DNA of 64,000 bases. Source: an uncultured bacterium. GTDB taxonomy: Bacteria > Desulfobacterota_D > UBA1144. Each line of letters opens with the position of its first letter. Position 1 is the stretch's first letter. The DNA is taken from the NCBI GenBank assembly GCA_913050245.1, contig CAJWZJ010000006.1, forward strand, positions 9,212 through 73,211, read 5' to 3'. A program made the position numbers and the translations under genes. The notes beneath the pieces were generated by a model. The model searched no databases. It saw nothing but the letters and a program-made list of their open reading frames with translations, and was not told where the DNA came from. Shown here piece after piece: positions 32,375 through 42,923 of the stretch.

Positions 32375-33364
32375 TTATAAAATAAGCATTGCATCTCCAT
32401 AGCTATAAAATCTCATTTTTTCTTTTATAGCAATTTCATAGCATTTCATGGTAAGTTCGTAACCTAAAAAAGCTGAAACTAGAATCAAAAGGGTTGATTT
32501 TGGAAGATGGAAATTTGTAAGCAAACAATCAGCAATTTTAAATTCGAAATTCTCTTTGATGAATAATGTAGTGCTAGACCATTTATTAATTAAACTAATA
32601 TCAATTGCGGCAGATTCCAATGCTCTTAAGGTAGTTGTACCTATAGAAAGTATCTTACCACCTTTACTTTTTATAGTTTCAATATTTTTGAAAGTTTTAG
32701 CATTTATGAAAAACAGTTCTTCATGCATTTTATGCTCAGAAATATTTTTAGTTTTAACTGGCAAGAAAGTTCCCATTCCTACATGAAGAGTGACAAAGTC
32801 TTTTGTAATTATAAAATTATTTAAAAGTTCATCTGTAAAATGTAGTCCTGCAGTTGGTGCTGCTATAGAGCCTTCAACTTTTGCATATACTGTTTGGTAG
32901 TCAGTTGAATCTTTAAAATCTGATTCTCTTTTGAGATAAGGTGGTATTGGCATTAGTCCATTTGATTTTAAAAATTCATTCGGGTCTTTATCAAATATAA
33001 GCAGCCATGAATTTTTATCTTTAAGTAATTTGGCATTGAGATTTGTACCAAAAATAATGTCTGAATTTTTTGGATTTTTGGTCATAACCCTCCATTTTAA
33101 AGATTCTATGTTTTCTATGAGTAGAAATTCTCTTAAAGTATTGCGCTTGTCATATCCTCTAATGAGAAATGGATCAACTTTAGTATTATTAAAAACTGCT
33201 AGATCATGTTGAGTAAAATATTTTTTTATTTTTGAAAAAGAAAGTATATCAATATTGCCATCTTTTTTTGTAACAACTAAAATTCTTGAAGAGTCTCTTG
33301 GGGAGGCGGGTCTTTGTGCTATTAATTCATCGGGCAGACTATAATTATATCTATCTAATAGCAT
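32375..33364 (-). CDS. queA: S-adenosylmethionine:tRNA ribosyltransferase-isomerase
   Basis: 329 aa. YSLPDELIAQRP, SIAAPTAGLHFT and FYSYGDAMLI motifs. Confidence 0.93.
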   Translation of the reverse strand: MLLDRYNYSLPDELIAQRPASPRDSSRILVVTKKDGNIDILSFSKIKKYFTQHDLAVFNNTKVDPFLIRGYDKRNTLREFLLIENIESLKWRVMTKNPKNSDIIFGTNLNAKLLKDKNSWLLIFDKDPNEFLKSNGLMPIPPYLKRESDFKDSTDYQTVYAKVEGSIAAPTAGLHFTDELLNNFIITKDFVTLHVGMGTFLPVKTKNISEHKMHEELFFINAKTFKNIETIKSKGGKILSIGTTTLRALESAAIDISLINKWSSTTLFIKENFEFKIADCLLTNFHLPKSTLLILVSAFLGYELTMKCYEIAIKEKMRFYSYGDAMLIL

Positions 33365-34558
33365 TTATTTTTTTAGCTTACTTAACATAAGCCTTAATGA
33401 ATTTAGTTTTATAAAACCTGTAGCATCTGATTGATCATAAAGATTATCTTCTTCAAAAGTAGCAAGCTGATTGTTGTACAAAGAGAATTTTGACTTTCTT
33501 CCTAAAACTCTCACATTGCCTTTATAAAGTAAAAGTTTTACATCTCCTGTAACGTTTACCTGAGATTCCTTGATAAATGCCATAAGTGAGTTCATCTCTG
33601 GTGAAAACCAAAAACCATTATATATTAATTGGGAAATTTTAGGGATTAATGTATCTCTAACATGCATCACTTCTCTATCCATTGTCAAGGATTCAATTGC
33701 TCTATGAGCTATGTTTAACACTGTTCCTCCTGGTGTCTCATAGACACCTCTTGATTTCATACCAACAAACCTATTTTCAACAATATCAACTATACCAATT
33801 CCATGTTTTCCAGCTAGGGGGTTTAAAATTTTAAAAATATCAATTGGGGATTTAGATTTACCATCAATTTTAATAGGAATCCCATCTTTGAAAGACAAAA
33901 TAATTTTTTTAGATGTATTTGGAGTCTTTGACAAAGGTTTAACACTTTCAAACATTTTGTCAGGTGGTTCTTCCCATGGGTCCTCTAATATTCCACCCTC
34001 GTAACTAATATGATAGATATTCCTATCACAACTGTATGGTTTAGACTTCGTTACAGGAATTGATATTCTGTTCTTTTTTGCATATGAAATACAATCCTCT
34101 CTTGATTTTAAATTCCAAATTCTCCATGGCGATATAATTTCTATTGAAGGATTTAATGCTTTGAATGCTAATTCAAATCTTACTTGATCATTACCTTTAC
34201 CGGTAGAACCATGAGATACAGCATATGCTTTTTCTTTTTTTGCAATTTCAATCTGTCTTTTTGCAATTAAAGGTCTAGCTATAGATGTTCCAAGCAAATA
34301 GCTACCTTCATATATTGCCGATGATTGAATCATCGGGAATACAAAGTCTTTTATAAATTCATTTCTTAAATCTTCTATATATACCTTAGAAGCTCCAACT
34401 TCTTTAGCTTTCTTTGCAGCTTTTTTTAGATCTTCTCCTTGTCCCAAATCTGCAATATACGCTATGATATCAGCATTATATTCTTCTTTTAACCAATGAA
34501 GTATTATTGAAGTATCGAGCCCTCCCGAATATGCAAGTATAATTTTTTTTCTTTTCAT
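33365..34558 (-). CDS. argG: Argininosuccinate synthase
   Basis: 397 aa. AYSGGLDTS P-loop, HGSTGKGNDQVRFE and SYEGGILEDP. Confidence 0.95.
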   Translation of the reverse strand: MKRKKIILAYSGGLDTSIILHWLKEEYNADIIAYIADLGQGEDLKKAAKKAKEVGASKVYIEDLRNEFIKDFVFPMIQSSAIYEGSYLLGTSIARPLIAKRQIEIAKKEKAYAVSHGSTGKGNDQVRFELAFKALNPSIEIISPWRIWNLKSREDCISYAKKNRISIPVTKSKPYSCDRNIYHISYEGGILEDPWEEPPDKMFESVKPLSKTPNTSKKIILSFKDGIPIKIDGKSKSPIDIFKILNPLAGKHGIGIVDIVENRFVGMKSRGVYETPGGTVLNIAHRAIESLTMDREVMHVRDTLIPKISQLIYNGFWFSPEMNSLMAFIKESQVNVTGDVKLLLYKGNVRVLGRKSKFSLYNNQLATFEEDNLYDQSDATGFIKLNSLRLMLSKLKK

Positions 34559-34561
34559 AAT

Positions 34562-35023
34562 TTATTCTTTATCAGGGTTCCCGATTCCCTTATAGTCTAA
34601 TAAATAGAAAGTTGCTTTAGTTTTTTCATATTTTTTTTCAAGAAATGTACCTATATATTCAAGCTTCTCAAGCTCGTTACCATTTTGTGCAGATGATCTT
34701 TTCTCTTCCGAAAAATTAACTTTAAATTTTAAGTCTTCTGGCATTCTTCTATCAGCAGTAGGCTGAGTAGTGAAAAGGAATTCTATGTCTTTTTCAATTT
34801 TAACACTGTCTGGCAAAGTAAAACCAACAACAATATTAACCGATTGAAATTCTATGACATAAACATTTAATTCTGAGGACATTTCACCCTCAGGTCCATC
34901 TGTGATTGTCATAGTATAAGAAGCAGCAGGCAATGAATCTACTTTGCCTTTAGACTCAGCTGATCCTAAAGGAAACAATCTATTATAATCTTCTCCATCT
35001 ATTAAACAACCTAGATTTAACAT
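34562..35023 (-). CDS. Hypothetical protein (153 aa)
   Basis: The ATG follows AGAGGTG by 5 nt. It fills the gap between pgeF and argG on the same strand. No family recognised and no TM segment. Confidence 0.55.
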   Translation of the reverse strand: MLNLGCLIDGEDYNRLFPLGSAESKGKVDSLPAASYTMTITDGPEGEMSSELNVYVIEFQSVNIVVGFTLPDSVKIEKDIEFLFTTQPTADRRMPEDLKFKVNFSEEKRSSAQNGNELEKLEYIGTFLEKKYEKTKATFYLLDYKGIGNPDKE

Positions 35024-35052
35024 ATAACACCTCTTTGAAATATTAATAATAT

Positions 35053-35703
35053 CTAATTAAGTCTGATATTACTAATCTGATTAGCTGTTAAAGATTTGTC
35101 TCTTCTATAAGAGAAAAAATCATCATTACAGAATGTGCATTGGTTTATTATATCAACTTTGCTTATTCCTTTAGATTGCAAAAAGGAAAGATTTAATCTT
35201 GCAAGGTTTAAATAAAATCTATTATTTTTTTCAGAAAATACAAACTTATTTTGTCCAAATTTAATTTTAAATTTATTCCATAAATCAAAACTAACCTCAT
35301 AACAACAAGATAAAATAGAAGGGCCAACACAAGCAACGATATCATTTGGATCTATTTTAAAGTTCTCTATTATCTTATCAATTGTTTTTGGGGTGATCTC
35401 ATAATAACTTCCTCTCCATCCAGAGTGTATTGCCGAAATAAATGTAGCATCTAAATCTGTTATCAATATAGGAACACAATCTGCTGTTTTTACCCCTATA
35501 CGAATCCCCTTTAAGTTTGTTATTATTGAATCAGCCTCTATTTTATCTATTGGTTCAGCTGGATTATTCAATATAAATACATTGTCCCCATGAGTTTGTT
35601 TAACAGTAAATATAGGCTCATTAATGATTTTTGAAGATTTTGATCCAAAATTATATGAAATATTTTTAATATTAGAAAGTATATTTGATTCGTATTTATT
35701 CAT
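35053..35703 (-). CDS. pgeF: Peptidoglycan editing factor PgeF (YfiH/DUF152 family)
   Basis: 216 aa. KQTHGDNV, TADCVPI, HSGWRG and CTFC motifs. It has the conserved position downstream of rluD. Confidence 0.85.
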   Translation of the reverse strand: MNKYESNILSNIKNISYNFGSKSSKIINEPIFTVKQTHGDNVFILNNPAEPIDKIEADSIITNLKGIRIGVKTADCVPILITDLDATFISAIHSGWRGSYYEITPKTIDKIIENFKIDPNDIVACVGPSILSCCYEVSFDLWNKFKIKFGQNKFVFSEKNNRFYLNLARLNLSFLQSKGISKVDIINQCTFCNDDFFSYRRDKSLTANQISNIRLN

Positions 35704-36628
35704 AATTATCCTCTAAAAATTTTAAGGTAAGACTCATATCCTCAGGTAATTCAGATTCAAAAGAAATTTTTTTATTTTTAATTGGGTGATAAAACTCAAT
35801 TTTATTTGCATGCAACATATGCCTATTGAAAAAACTCTTTATTTTTTTACTGTTATTAGTTGAATCTTTAGTGGAATATACCTTATCACCAATAATAGGG
35901 TGTCCAATAGATGCAAAATGAACTCGGATTTGATGAGTCCTTCCTGTTTTAGGATATGCTTCAATAAAGGAAAAATTATTATACTCTGATATTTTCTTCC
36001 AGCTGGTTATAGCCTCTTTTGGAGAAGAGGTATTTGATGAAATTTTCTTTCTATTTTTTTTATCTCGTCCGATATTGCTAGAAATAACTCCTTCAAAGTT
36101 TTTAATTTTTCCACTAATAATTGCCTGATATGTCTTTTTTATTTCTCGTCTTGCGAACTGATTAGATATGCTTATATGTGACTCATCATTTTTTGCAATA
36201 ATCATCACTCCAGAAGTTTCTTTATCTAGTCTATGAACAATACCTGGTCTTAATTGGCCTCCAATGCCAGATAAGTCTTTACAATGGTATAAAAGAAAAT
36301 TAACCAATGTTGGTTCTTTAACTCCTGCTCCATGATGTACAACTAGATTTGGTTTCTTCGAGATAACTATAATATTTTTATCTTCATATAATATATCTAA
36401 ATCACCTTTAACGGGTATTACGTCAATTTTTTTTATTTCAGGTAATTCAATATATATTCGATCTTTTGTTTTCAACATATAAGAAGACTTTATTTGTTTA
36501 TGGTTACATAATATATGTTTTTGGTTCAATAATTTAGATATATAAGATCTTGATAATTTAGTTTTTTCTTTTAAAAAAATATCAATTCTTTTGTTAGAAT
36601 CTTTTTCTTTAATATCTATTATTTGCAT
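35696..36628 (-). CDS. rluD: 23S rRNA pseudouridine synthase RluD (RluA family)
   Basis: 310 aa. S4-like N-terminus, HRLDKETSGVMIIAK catalytic-Asp motif, and GRTHQIRVH. Confidence 0.9.
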   Translation of the reverse strand: MQIIDIKEKDSNKRIDIFLKEKTKLSRSYISKLLNQKHILCNHKQIKSSYMLKTKDRIYIELPEIKKIDVIPVKGDLDILYEDKNIIVISKKPNLVVHHGAGVKEPTLVNFLLYHCKDLSGIGGQLRPGIVHRLDKETSGVMIIAKNDESHISISNQFARREIKKTYQAIISGKIKNFEGVISSNIGRDKKNRKKISSNTSSPKEAITSWKKISEYNNFSFIEAYPKTGRTHQIRVHFASIGHPIIGDKVYSTKDSTNNSKKIKSFFNRHMLHANKIEFYHPIKNKKISFESELPEDMSLTLKFLEDNYE

Positions 36629-36690
36629 ATTTTAATAATTATTTTGCCTTGATTTGTATCAATACTAAAATATTAGTCATAATAATTATA

Positions 36691-37005
36691 ATGAAATCTA
36701 AGAATGATAGCAGAATAGAATTAAGATTTGCATTAATTGGTCCTGGAACTATGTGGAATTTACTTTATGAAGGTATGGACCAGAGGGTTAATTTAAGATC
36801 TGTTTTTAAAGGAAAGGATGAGGAAAGCATAGAGGCATTAATAAAATTTGGTCAAATTTTAAAGAAAAAGAATGAATATGATATTAATATTAAAGATGAT
36901 GGAATTGAAATAAATAACATTATTGGAATCAATGATTTTGAAAATGGTGAAAAATGGACCAACTTAATGGGTAAGTTGAAAGATGAAATTGTTAAGATGA
37001 TATAA
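36691..37005 (+). CDS. Hypothetical protein (104 aa from ATG 36691)
   Basis: The frame is open from 36649 (TTG). The first ATG is at 36691. No recognisable motif. The 3' end overlaps the birA 3' end by 14 nt. Confidence 0.4.
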   Translation: MKSKNDSRIELRFALIGPGTMWNLLYEGMDQRVNLRSVFKGKDEESIEALIKFGQILKKKNEYDINIKDDGIEINNIIGINDFENGEKWTNLMGKLKDEIVKMI

Positions 37006-37777
37006 TTTCACCAGCTAATATTTCTTTAATCCCTGAATCAATCTCGAGAACAAGAGATCCATCTTTTTTTATATCTTTGGCTATACCTTCAACGAGCTTA
37101 TTACCCAGAGATACTTGAATTTTTTTATCCATATCATGCCAATGATCTTTATAATAATTAATTAATGCATCAAACTGCCGACTTTTTAAATCAGTGTAAG
37201 TAATTACAAGTTGGTTTAAAAGATCTTTAATAAAATTTCTAATATCTATCTTCTCTCCAATTTCCATCATCATACTTGTCGGTGAAATTTTATAATCGAT
37301 CCTATTATCTGAAACAAAATCAGCCTCACTATTATTAATATTTATTCCTAATCCAACAATTATAAAATTTTTATTGTTTGGCAAATAATCAAGTTCACAT
37401 AAAATTCCCGAGATCTTCCTAGAGTTAACTAAAATATCATTTGGCCATTTAATTTTAGATTTGATACCCCACTTGTCCAACGTTTTATTAACTGCAATGG
37501 ACGTTGCTATGGGTATTAAAGATGATTGTTTGTGGTCAATATATTCTAAAACCATAGACATAGCTAGGCTATCATCTCTTTTAGAGAACCAAGTTCTATT
37601 ATTTCTTCCTTTTCCAAACCTTTGATTTGACGAGTAAATACAAATTCCATGCTCTTTTTCAGTTAGATTTTTTGCAAAAGTATTAGTTGAATCAACTTCA
37701 GAAAGATAAATAAAATGTTTAAAAAAGCTTTGAATTTGACTATTTTCTTTAATTAATTTATCAAAATATTCCTTCAA
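36992..37777 (-). CDS. birA: Biotin-[acetyl-CoA-carboxylase] ligase, no N-terminal HTH (group I BirA)
   Basis: 261 aa. GKGRNNRTWFS (GRGRxGRxW-type biotin loop), KWPNDIL, and a C-terminal SH3-like tail. Confidence 0.85.
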   Translation of the reverse strand: MKEYFDKLIKENSQIQSFFKHFIYLSEVDSTNTFAKNLTEKEHGICIYSSNQRFGKGRNNRTWFSKRDDSLAMSMVLEYIDHKQSSLIPIATSIAVNKTLDKWGIKSKIKWPNDILVNSRKISGILCELDYLPNNKNFIIVGLGININNSEADFVSDNRIDYKISPTSMMMEIGEKIDIRNFIKDLLNQLVITYTDLKSRQFDALINYYKDHWHDMDKKIQVSLGNKLVEGIAKDIKKDGSLVLEIDSGIKEILAGEIISS

Positions 37778-38887
37778 TTAAACACCTAGCCTATTAACAT
37801 CTCTATAGTTTCTTATTATTAAAGCTAAAATTGAAAAACCAAAAGAAGAACAAATTAATGAAGATCCACCATAACTAAAAAGAATCATGGGTATTCCAAT
37901 CACTGGAAAAAGTCCTAAAGTCATAAATATATTTACTATGAAATGAAAAAAGAAATAGGAACTAATTCCAAAAATCACTACTTTAAGAAATGGATCATTT
38001 ATATCATTTAAAAAACTCAAAGGATAAATTATTAAGAAAAAATATAATGCAATTAAGACTAGAGATCCAACAAAACCCATCTGTTCAGCCCACACAGAGA
38101 ATGCAAAATCTGTATGATTCTCTGGTAAAAAACCAAACTTGGCTTGGGAACTTTCTCCAAGACCTTTTCCTAGAAACTGTCCAGATCCAATAGATATTTT
38201 TGATTGAATTGCATTATATCCAATGCCTCTTGGGTCATTTTCGGGATTTATAAAATTGATTATCCTTTGCTTTTGATAGGGCTCAAGGTAATTATTCCAT
38301 ATAGGCAATGCAAAGACTGCAGCTAAAATAATCAAAGATATTATGAACTTCTTATTAAAAGAAAATCCTATTATGACTGACATTGATATAAGTAAAAGCA
38401 TAAAGGCTGAGCCAAAGTCAGGTTGCAAAAGTATTAAAACAAATGGTATCAGAAATAAACTGAAACCAATCACATATTTAACTAAAACAGAGGCTGAATA
38501 AGAACCTAATTCAGAATATAATTTTGCAATTAAAAATACATAAGAAATCTTAATTAGCTCTGTTGGCTGTATAGTGAACCCTGCGATCTTAATCCAGCTT
38601 TTTGCTCCAGATATTTCTTTTCCTATAAATAAAACTAAAACTAATAAAATAATTGATATTAAATACATCAAAGTAGAGATATTTTTTAAGCTTTTTAATC
38701 TAATATTTCTGACGAAAAAAGTTATAAATATTGATAATATTAACCAAACAAATTGCTTTATTGAATAAATACTTATGATTGATTGATCATCAATTTGAAT
38801 CAGGTTTATACATCCAAAAAGAATAATTAAATATCCAACAAATAAAATTTTATTATGTGGTTTTTCAATGAAGCTAAGGCTTATCAT
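37778..38887 (-). CDS. rodA: Peptidoglycan glycosyltransferase RodA (SEDS family)
   Basis: 369 aa polytopic. IQPTELIKI, LQPDFGSA and PENHTDFAFSV motifs. Confidence 0.9.
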   Translation of the reverse strand: MISLSFIEKPHNKILFVGYLIILFGCINLIQIDDQSIISIYSIKQFVWLILSIFITFFVRNIRLKSLKNISTLMYLISIILLVLVLFIGKEISGAKSWIKIAGFTIQPTELIKISYVFLIAKLYSELGSYSASVLVKYVIGFSLFLIPFVLILLQPDFGSAFMLLLISMSVIIGFSFNKKFIISLIILAAVFALPIWNNYLEPYQKQRIINFINPENDPRGIGYNAIQSKISIGSGQFLGKGLGESSQAKFGFLPENHTDFAFSVWAEQMGFVGSLVLIALYFFLIIYPLSFLNDINDPFLKVVIFGISSYFFFHFIVNIFMTLGLFPVIGIPMILFSYGGSSLICSSFGFSILALIIRNYRDVNRLGV

Positions 38888-40640
38888 GAGGGATATCCAT
38901 ATATTTATTTTTATAAAATGAAATTATTTCTTTTATTATAGGACCACCGGCTCTCCCGCCTGAATCTCCATGTTCAGCAAAAACTGTGATAGCAATTTTA
39001 GGTTTTTCAAAAGGATAATAAGCTGTGAACCAACCATGGTTCTTAAACTTCCCGTATCCATACTTTGAAGAGTCTTTTGAAATAACCTGCGCAGTTCCTG
39101 TTTTGCCAGCTACCTTACCATCCATCCTTGCATGAAATCCAGTTCCATTATTATCATTTACTACTCCTAGTAATCCTATTTTAATTTCTTTAATATTTTT
39201 ATCTTTAAAATTAATTATTTTGGTAGTTTCAATCTTTTCATCTTTATAAAGTCTAAACTTAGTAAAATATCCATCTGATGCAATAATAGATATCATTTTA
39301 TGTGCTTGAATAACATTTAGTGTTAGATAGCCTTGACCTATTGCTACATTTGCCATATCACCATTGTAAAATTTTCCTTTTAAATATTTATTAATAAAAG
39401 TTTCATCAGGTATTGTTCCTAATTTTTGCTTATAAGGTAAATATGCATGTAATTCTCCAATTCCAAATTTAGATAGCCATTGTGAATATTTATCTATCCC
39501 TAATCTCATACCCAGATTATAAAAGAACACATCACAAGACGTTACAAGGGCTTTCGATACATCCACATTTCCATGTCCTCCTTTTAACCAACATCTAAAA
39601 TTTCTGTTTCCGATTTTCATATAGCCTGGGCAATAAACGGTAGAATCTGTAGTAATTTTACCTTCCTCTAGTCCTGCTGCAGCTGTAATAATTTTTATTA
39701 TTGAACCTGGTGGATTGCTTACTAAAAAAGCCCTATTCAGAAACGGTTTATTAGAAGAAGTCTTAAGTCTTTTCCAATCATTATTAGATAATGGCTTAGA
39801 AAATAAATTTGGATCAAATCCAGGCTTGCTAACTATTGACAAGACTTCACCATTATCAATATTAGTAACAAGAACTGCACCATTTAATTCTTTCATAGAT
39901 TCATAAATAATTTTTTGCAATTCAATATCAATGGTTGTATGTATATCTTTACCTTTTTCAATCTCACTAAAGGTATAATTTGTATTTTTAAAATTTATTT
40001 CATTCCCTTTGCTATCAACAATAAAATACTCGGCGCCAACAATTCCGGTTAACTGATCATCAAGATCTTTTTCAATTCCATTAGCACCCTTTCGGTTCGA
40101 AAACAAAAATCCGTACATTGAATCTTTTTTGTCATTTGAAGTAAGGTGCCCAACTAAATGAGATCCTACTTCTTTATATGGATAAACTCTCAAATAATCA
40201 TTAATCATCTCCAATTTTTCATTAGATGATAATTTGGTATCAATTATAAAAATCTCCTCGATGGATAAATCTTTTTTTAATAAAATTCTTTTTGTTTGGA
40301 AATTACTTTTTAGTTGAGATTCTAATGATTTTTTTTCCTTCACACTTAAAAAAATTTCATTATCATATAAATCTTTAAGCAAATCTAAGTAATTGTCCTC
40401 TGAAATATTCTTAGCAAATAAATTAACCATTGGTCTGCTATAAGAAATTCTAATTCCGTTCCTATCATAAATTGTTCCTCTAGGGGAAGGAATTATTGCT
40501 TCTCTTAAAAAATTATTTCTAGATAATAATTCATATCTGTTACCATCAATAATTTGAAGGTGAAAAAGTTTAAATAATGCAATAATAAAAAAAACTGCAA
40601 CGATTAAAATTGATATGTTTGATCGTATTGATTTGGCCAT
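38874..40640 (-). CDS. mrdA: Penicillin-binding protein 2 (elongasome transpeptidase)
   Basis: 588 aa. N-terminal anchor, PGSIIK (SxxK), and KTGTAQ (KTG). Adjacent to rodA and mreBCD. Confidence 0.9.
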   Translation of the reverse strand: MAKSIRSNISILIVAVFFIIALFKLFHLQIIDGNRYELLSRNNFLREAIIPSPRGTIYDRNGIRISYSRPMVNLFAKNISEDNYLDLLKDLYDNEIFLSVKEKKSLESQLKSNFQTKRILLKKDLSIEEIFIIDTKLSSNEKLEMINDYLRVYPYKEVGSHLVGHLTSNDKKDSMYGFLFSNRKGANGIEKDLDDQLTGIVGAEYFIVDSKGNEINFKNTNYTFSEIEKGKDIHTTIDIELQKIIYESMKELNGAVLVTNIDNGEVLSIVSKPGFDPNLFSKPLSNNDWKRLKTSSNKPFLNRAFLVSNPPGSIIKIITAAAGLEEGKITTDSTVYCPGYMKIGNRNFRCWLKGGHGNVDVSKALVTSCDVFFYNLGMRLGIDKYSQWLSKFGIGELHAYLPYKQKLGTIPDETFINKYLKGKFYNGDMANVAIGQGYLTLNVIQAHKMISIIASDGYFTKFRLYKDEKIETTKIINFKDKNIKEIKIGLLGVVNDNNGTGFHARMDGKVAGKTGTAQVISKDSSKYGYGKFKNHGWFTAYYPFEKPKIAITVFAEHGDSGGRAGGPIIKEIISFYKNKYMDIPHDKP

Positions 40641-41101
40641 CTAATATATTTTACAATAATCAAAATTATAGATAAAACTATAATATTATAAATAATGCTA
40701 ACTGGCATATAAATTAAGTATAGGGCGGAATCTAAGGAGCTTAAGACAAATATCAATATAATTGATATTAAATAATAGGTGAAAACTAGAAAACCTATTA
40801 AATATATTTCATTAAGATAATTCTTCCATATATAATTAATTGATAAATATCTACCAATTACAAAAACTAATATTTTTATAAAAAAATCAACAATAGAGAT
40901 ATCACTACCAAAAAGATTCATAATAACCAGCGATAAAAATAGAAGAATATCAAAAAATTTATTGGAACTCAGTATAGAAATAAAAATCACAGATACAAGA
41001 CTAGGATCTAAATATGGTTGAAAATCAACAATAAAAGTATCATCTAATAAAACAAATAAAGGCCAAGTTAATATAAAATAATAAAAATTATTGTGAATCA
41101 T
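40604..41101 (-). CDS. mreD: Rod shape-determining protein MreD
   Basis: 165 aa, multi-TM. The call rests mainly on its position between mreC and mrdA plus topology. Confidence 0.6.
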   Translation of the reverse strand: MIHNNFYYFILTWPLFVLLDDTFIVDFQPYLDPSLVSVIFISILSSNKFFDILLFLSLVIMNLFGSDISIVDFFIKILVFVIGRYLSINYIWKNYLNEIYLIGFLVFTYYLISIILIFVLSSLDSALYLIYMPVSIIYNIIVLSIILIIVKYIRWPNQYDQTYQF

Positions 41102-41810
41102 TGGTATCTATATAAACTCCTACATAGTCAAAATTATATGCAAATACATCGGATTCTAAATATATTTTAAAAAATCCTTTTTCTTTTTTAATACTTTTGA
41201 CTTCTGCAATAGGTTTAAAGAAAATTGGACTAGTCTTAGATAAAGATAAATATATTTTGTCACCTGGTAATATTTGAACTGAATCTTGGATATATTGAAC
41301 ATAAGAGGTAAAGCCATCTCCTTTTAAAATTCCTTTATATCTTTCCTTGCCAACTTCAACAATAAGTGCAAAATCCTTATTTTTTATTGAATATATTTCG
41401 GAATATTGATCAGTAACATTACCGATCTTACCGAGAAATTTATCTTCTGTAAAAACAAGCTGATCTTTTTTTAGGCCTTCTTTATTACCTAAAGGGATTA
41501 AAAAAACATTATTGAGAAACGATGGATACTTCAATATAACTTTTGAAAATAAAATTTTAGAGTTAGGATTATCATTTTTAATATTGAGTAATTTTTTTAA
41601 TCTATCATTCTCGTCTAAGAGGGATGAATAAAAATCATTTTTATCTATATTTTCTATATTTGCAGTGGCGTGGGATTGGTAAAATGTTGATATAAAAGTT
41701 TTTGATTTAATCGAAAGAATAGAATTAACATTTAGCCAAAAAAAAATAAAAAGTAAAAGAAAAAAGATTAAAAAAAAGTAGAATTTTTTTTTAATCCTAA
41801 GTAAAAACAT
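41088..41810 (-). CDS. mreC: Rod shape-determining protein MreC
   Basis: 240 aa. N-terminal TM, a coiled-coil ENDRLKKLL, then beta-rich domains. Lies immediately after mreB. Confidence 0.75.
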   Translation of the reverse strand: MFLLRIKKKFYFFLIFFLLLFIFFWLNVNSILSIKSKTFISTFYQSHATANIENIDKNDFYSSLLDENDRLKKLLNIKNDNPNSKILFSKVILKYPSFLNNVFLIPLGNKEGLKKDQLVFTEDKFLGKIGNVTDQYSEIYSIKNKDFALIVEVGKERYKGILKGDGFTSYVQYIQDSVQILPGDKIYLSLSKTSPIFFKPIAEVKSIKKEKGFFKIYLESDVFAYNFDYVGVYIDTNDSQ

Positions 41811-41811
41811 A

Positions 41812-42885
41812 TTAGATTGATATCTTTCTTAAAGTATTAATTTCTTCCAGAGCTTTTCCACATCCTTTTACAACACAAAGTAGCGGCTCCTCGCCAACAG
41901 TAACCTTAAGCCTAGTAGCAGATGAGATTCTATCTGCAAGTCCACCAAGTAATGCGCCACCTCCAGCTAGGACAATACCATCAACAATTATATCTCCTGC
42001 CAACTCAGGAGGAGTAGCGTCTAATGTCTCCCTGACCGCTGTTATTATTTCTTGGACTGAAAGATCCAAAGCTTTTTTTGTATCTAAAGAATTTAAATCT
42101 ATTGAAGTAGGCAGCCCAGAATCTAAACTTCTTCCTCTAATTTGCATTTGAAGTGACTCGCTAGGCGACTCCGTTACATCTGCAATAGTTTTTTTAACAG
42201 TCTCGGCCATATTCTCTCCAATTAAAATATTATAGGTTTTTTTAACGTAATCTATGATGGCATTATTCATTGAATCACCTGCAGTTTTAATCGATTTACT
42301 TATAACAAGTCCTCCTAAAGATATGACTGAAATGCCAGTAGTACCTCCACCAATATCAATAATCATTCCACCTCTGGAACTTAAGACGCTATCCATCTCG
42401 GCACCAAGAGCTGCCGCCATTGTTTCTTCAATAAGATAAACCTCTCTTGCTCCAGCAGATTCGGCAGCCTCTACTACAGCCCTTTTCTCTACAGGGGTGA
42501 TACCAATCGGGACTGATACAACAACTCTAGGTCTAACTAAAAAATTATTCCTGTGATATTTTGAAATGAAATATTCGAGCATTTTTTGAGTAACTTCAAA
42601 ATCAGCTATAACACCTTCTTTTAATGGCCTTATTGCTTCTATAGATCCTGGAGTCTTACCAATCATCAGTTTTGCTTCATCGCCCACTGCAAGAATATTA
42701 ATATCTCCAAGCCTATCTCTTTGAACCGCAACAACCGATGGCTCATTAGCGACTATACCTTTATCTTTTATGTATACAACTACATTTGCAGTTCCTAAAT
42801 CTAAACCAATATCAATCGAGAAATAATTTGCAATCTTATCCCAGATAGTATAATTTTGAACTTTATTTGTGACCATTATGAACAA
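41812..42885 (-). CDS. mreB: Rod shape-determining protein MreB
   Basis: 357 aa. IDLGTANVVVY, IDIGGGTT and actin-fold phosphate motifs. The start could be Met4 at 42876. Confidence 0.95.
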   Translation of the reverse strand: MFIMVTNKVQNYTIWDKIANYFSIDIGLDLGTANVVVYIKDKGIVANEPSVVAVQRDRLGDINILAVGDEAKLMIGKTPGSIEAIRPLKEGVIADFEVTQKMLEYFISKYHRNNFLVRPRVVVSVPIGITPVEKRAVVEAAESAGAREVYLIEETMAAALGAEMDSVLSSRGGMIIDIGGGTTGISVISLGGLVISKSIKTAGDSMNNAIIDYVKKTYNILIGENMAETVKKTIADVTESPSESLQMQIRGRSLDSGLPTSIDLNSLDTKKALDLSVQEIITAVRETLDATPPELAGDIIVDGIVLAGGGALLGGLADRISSATRLKVTVGEEPLLCVVKGCGKALEEINTLRKISI

Positions 42886-42923
42886 ATAGTAACAAAAAAA
42901 ATAGGAATTTCATAATAAATAAA

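Noticed and set aside
35006-35023. MLNLGC at the N-terminus of the 153-aa ORF, which looks like a lipobox (L-x-G-C).
   Set aside because: The Cys is at residue 6 with no preceding hydrophobic signal peptide. An upstream in-frame extension is blocked, and the ATG has a strong SD, so this is not a lipoprotein signal.
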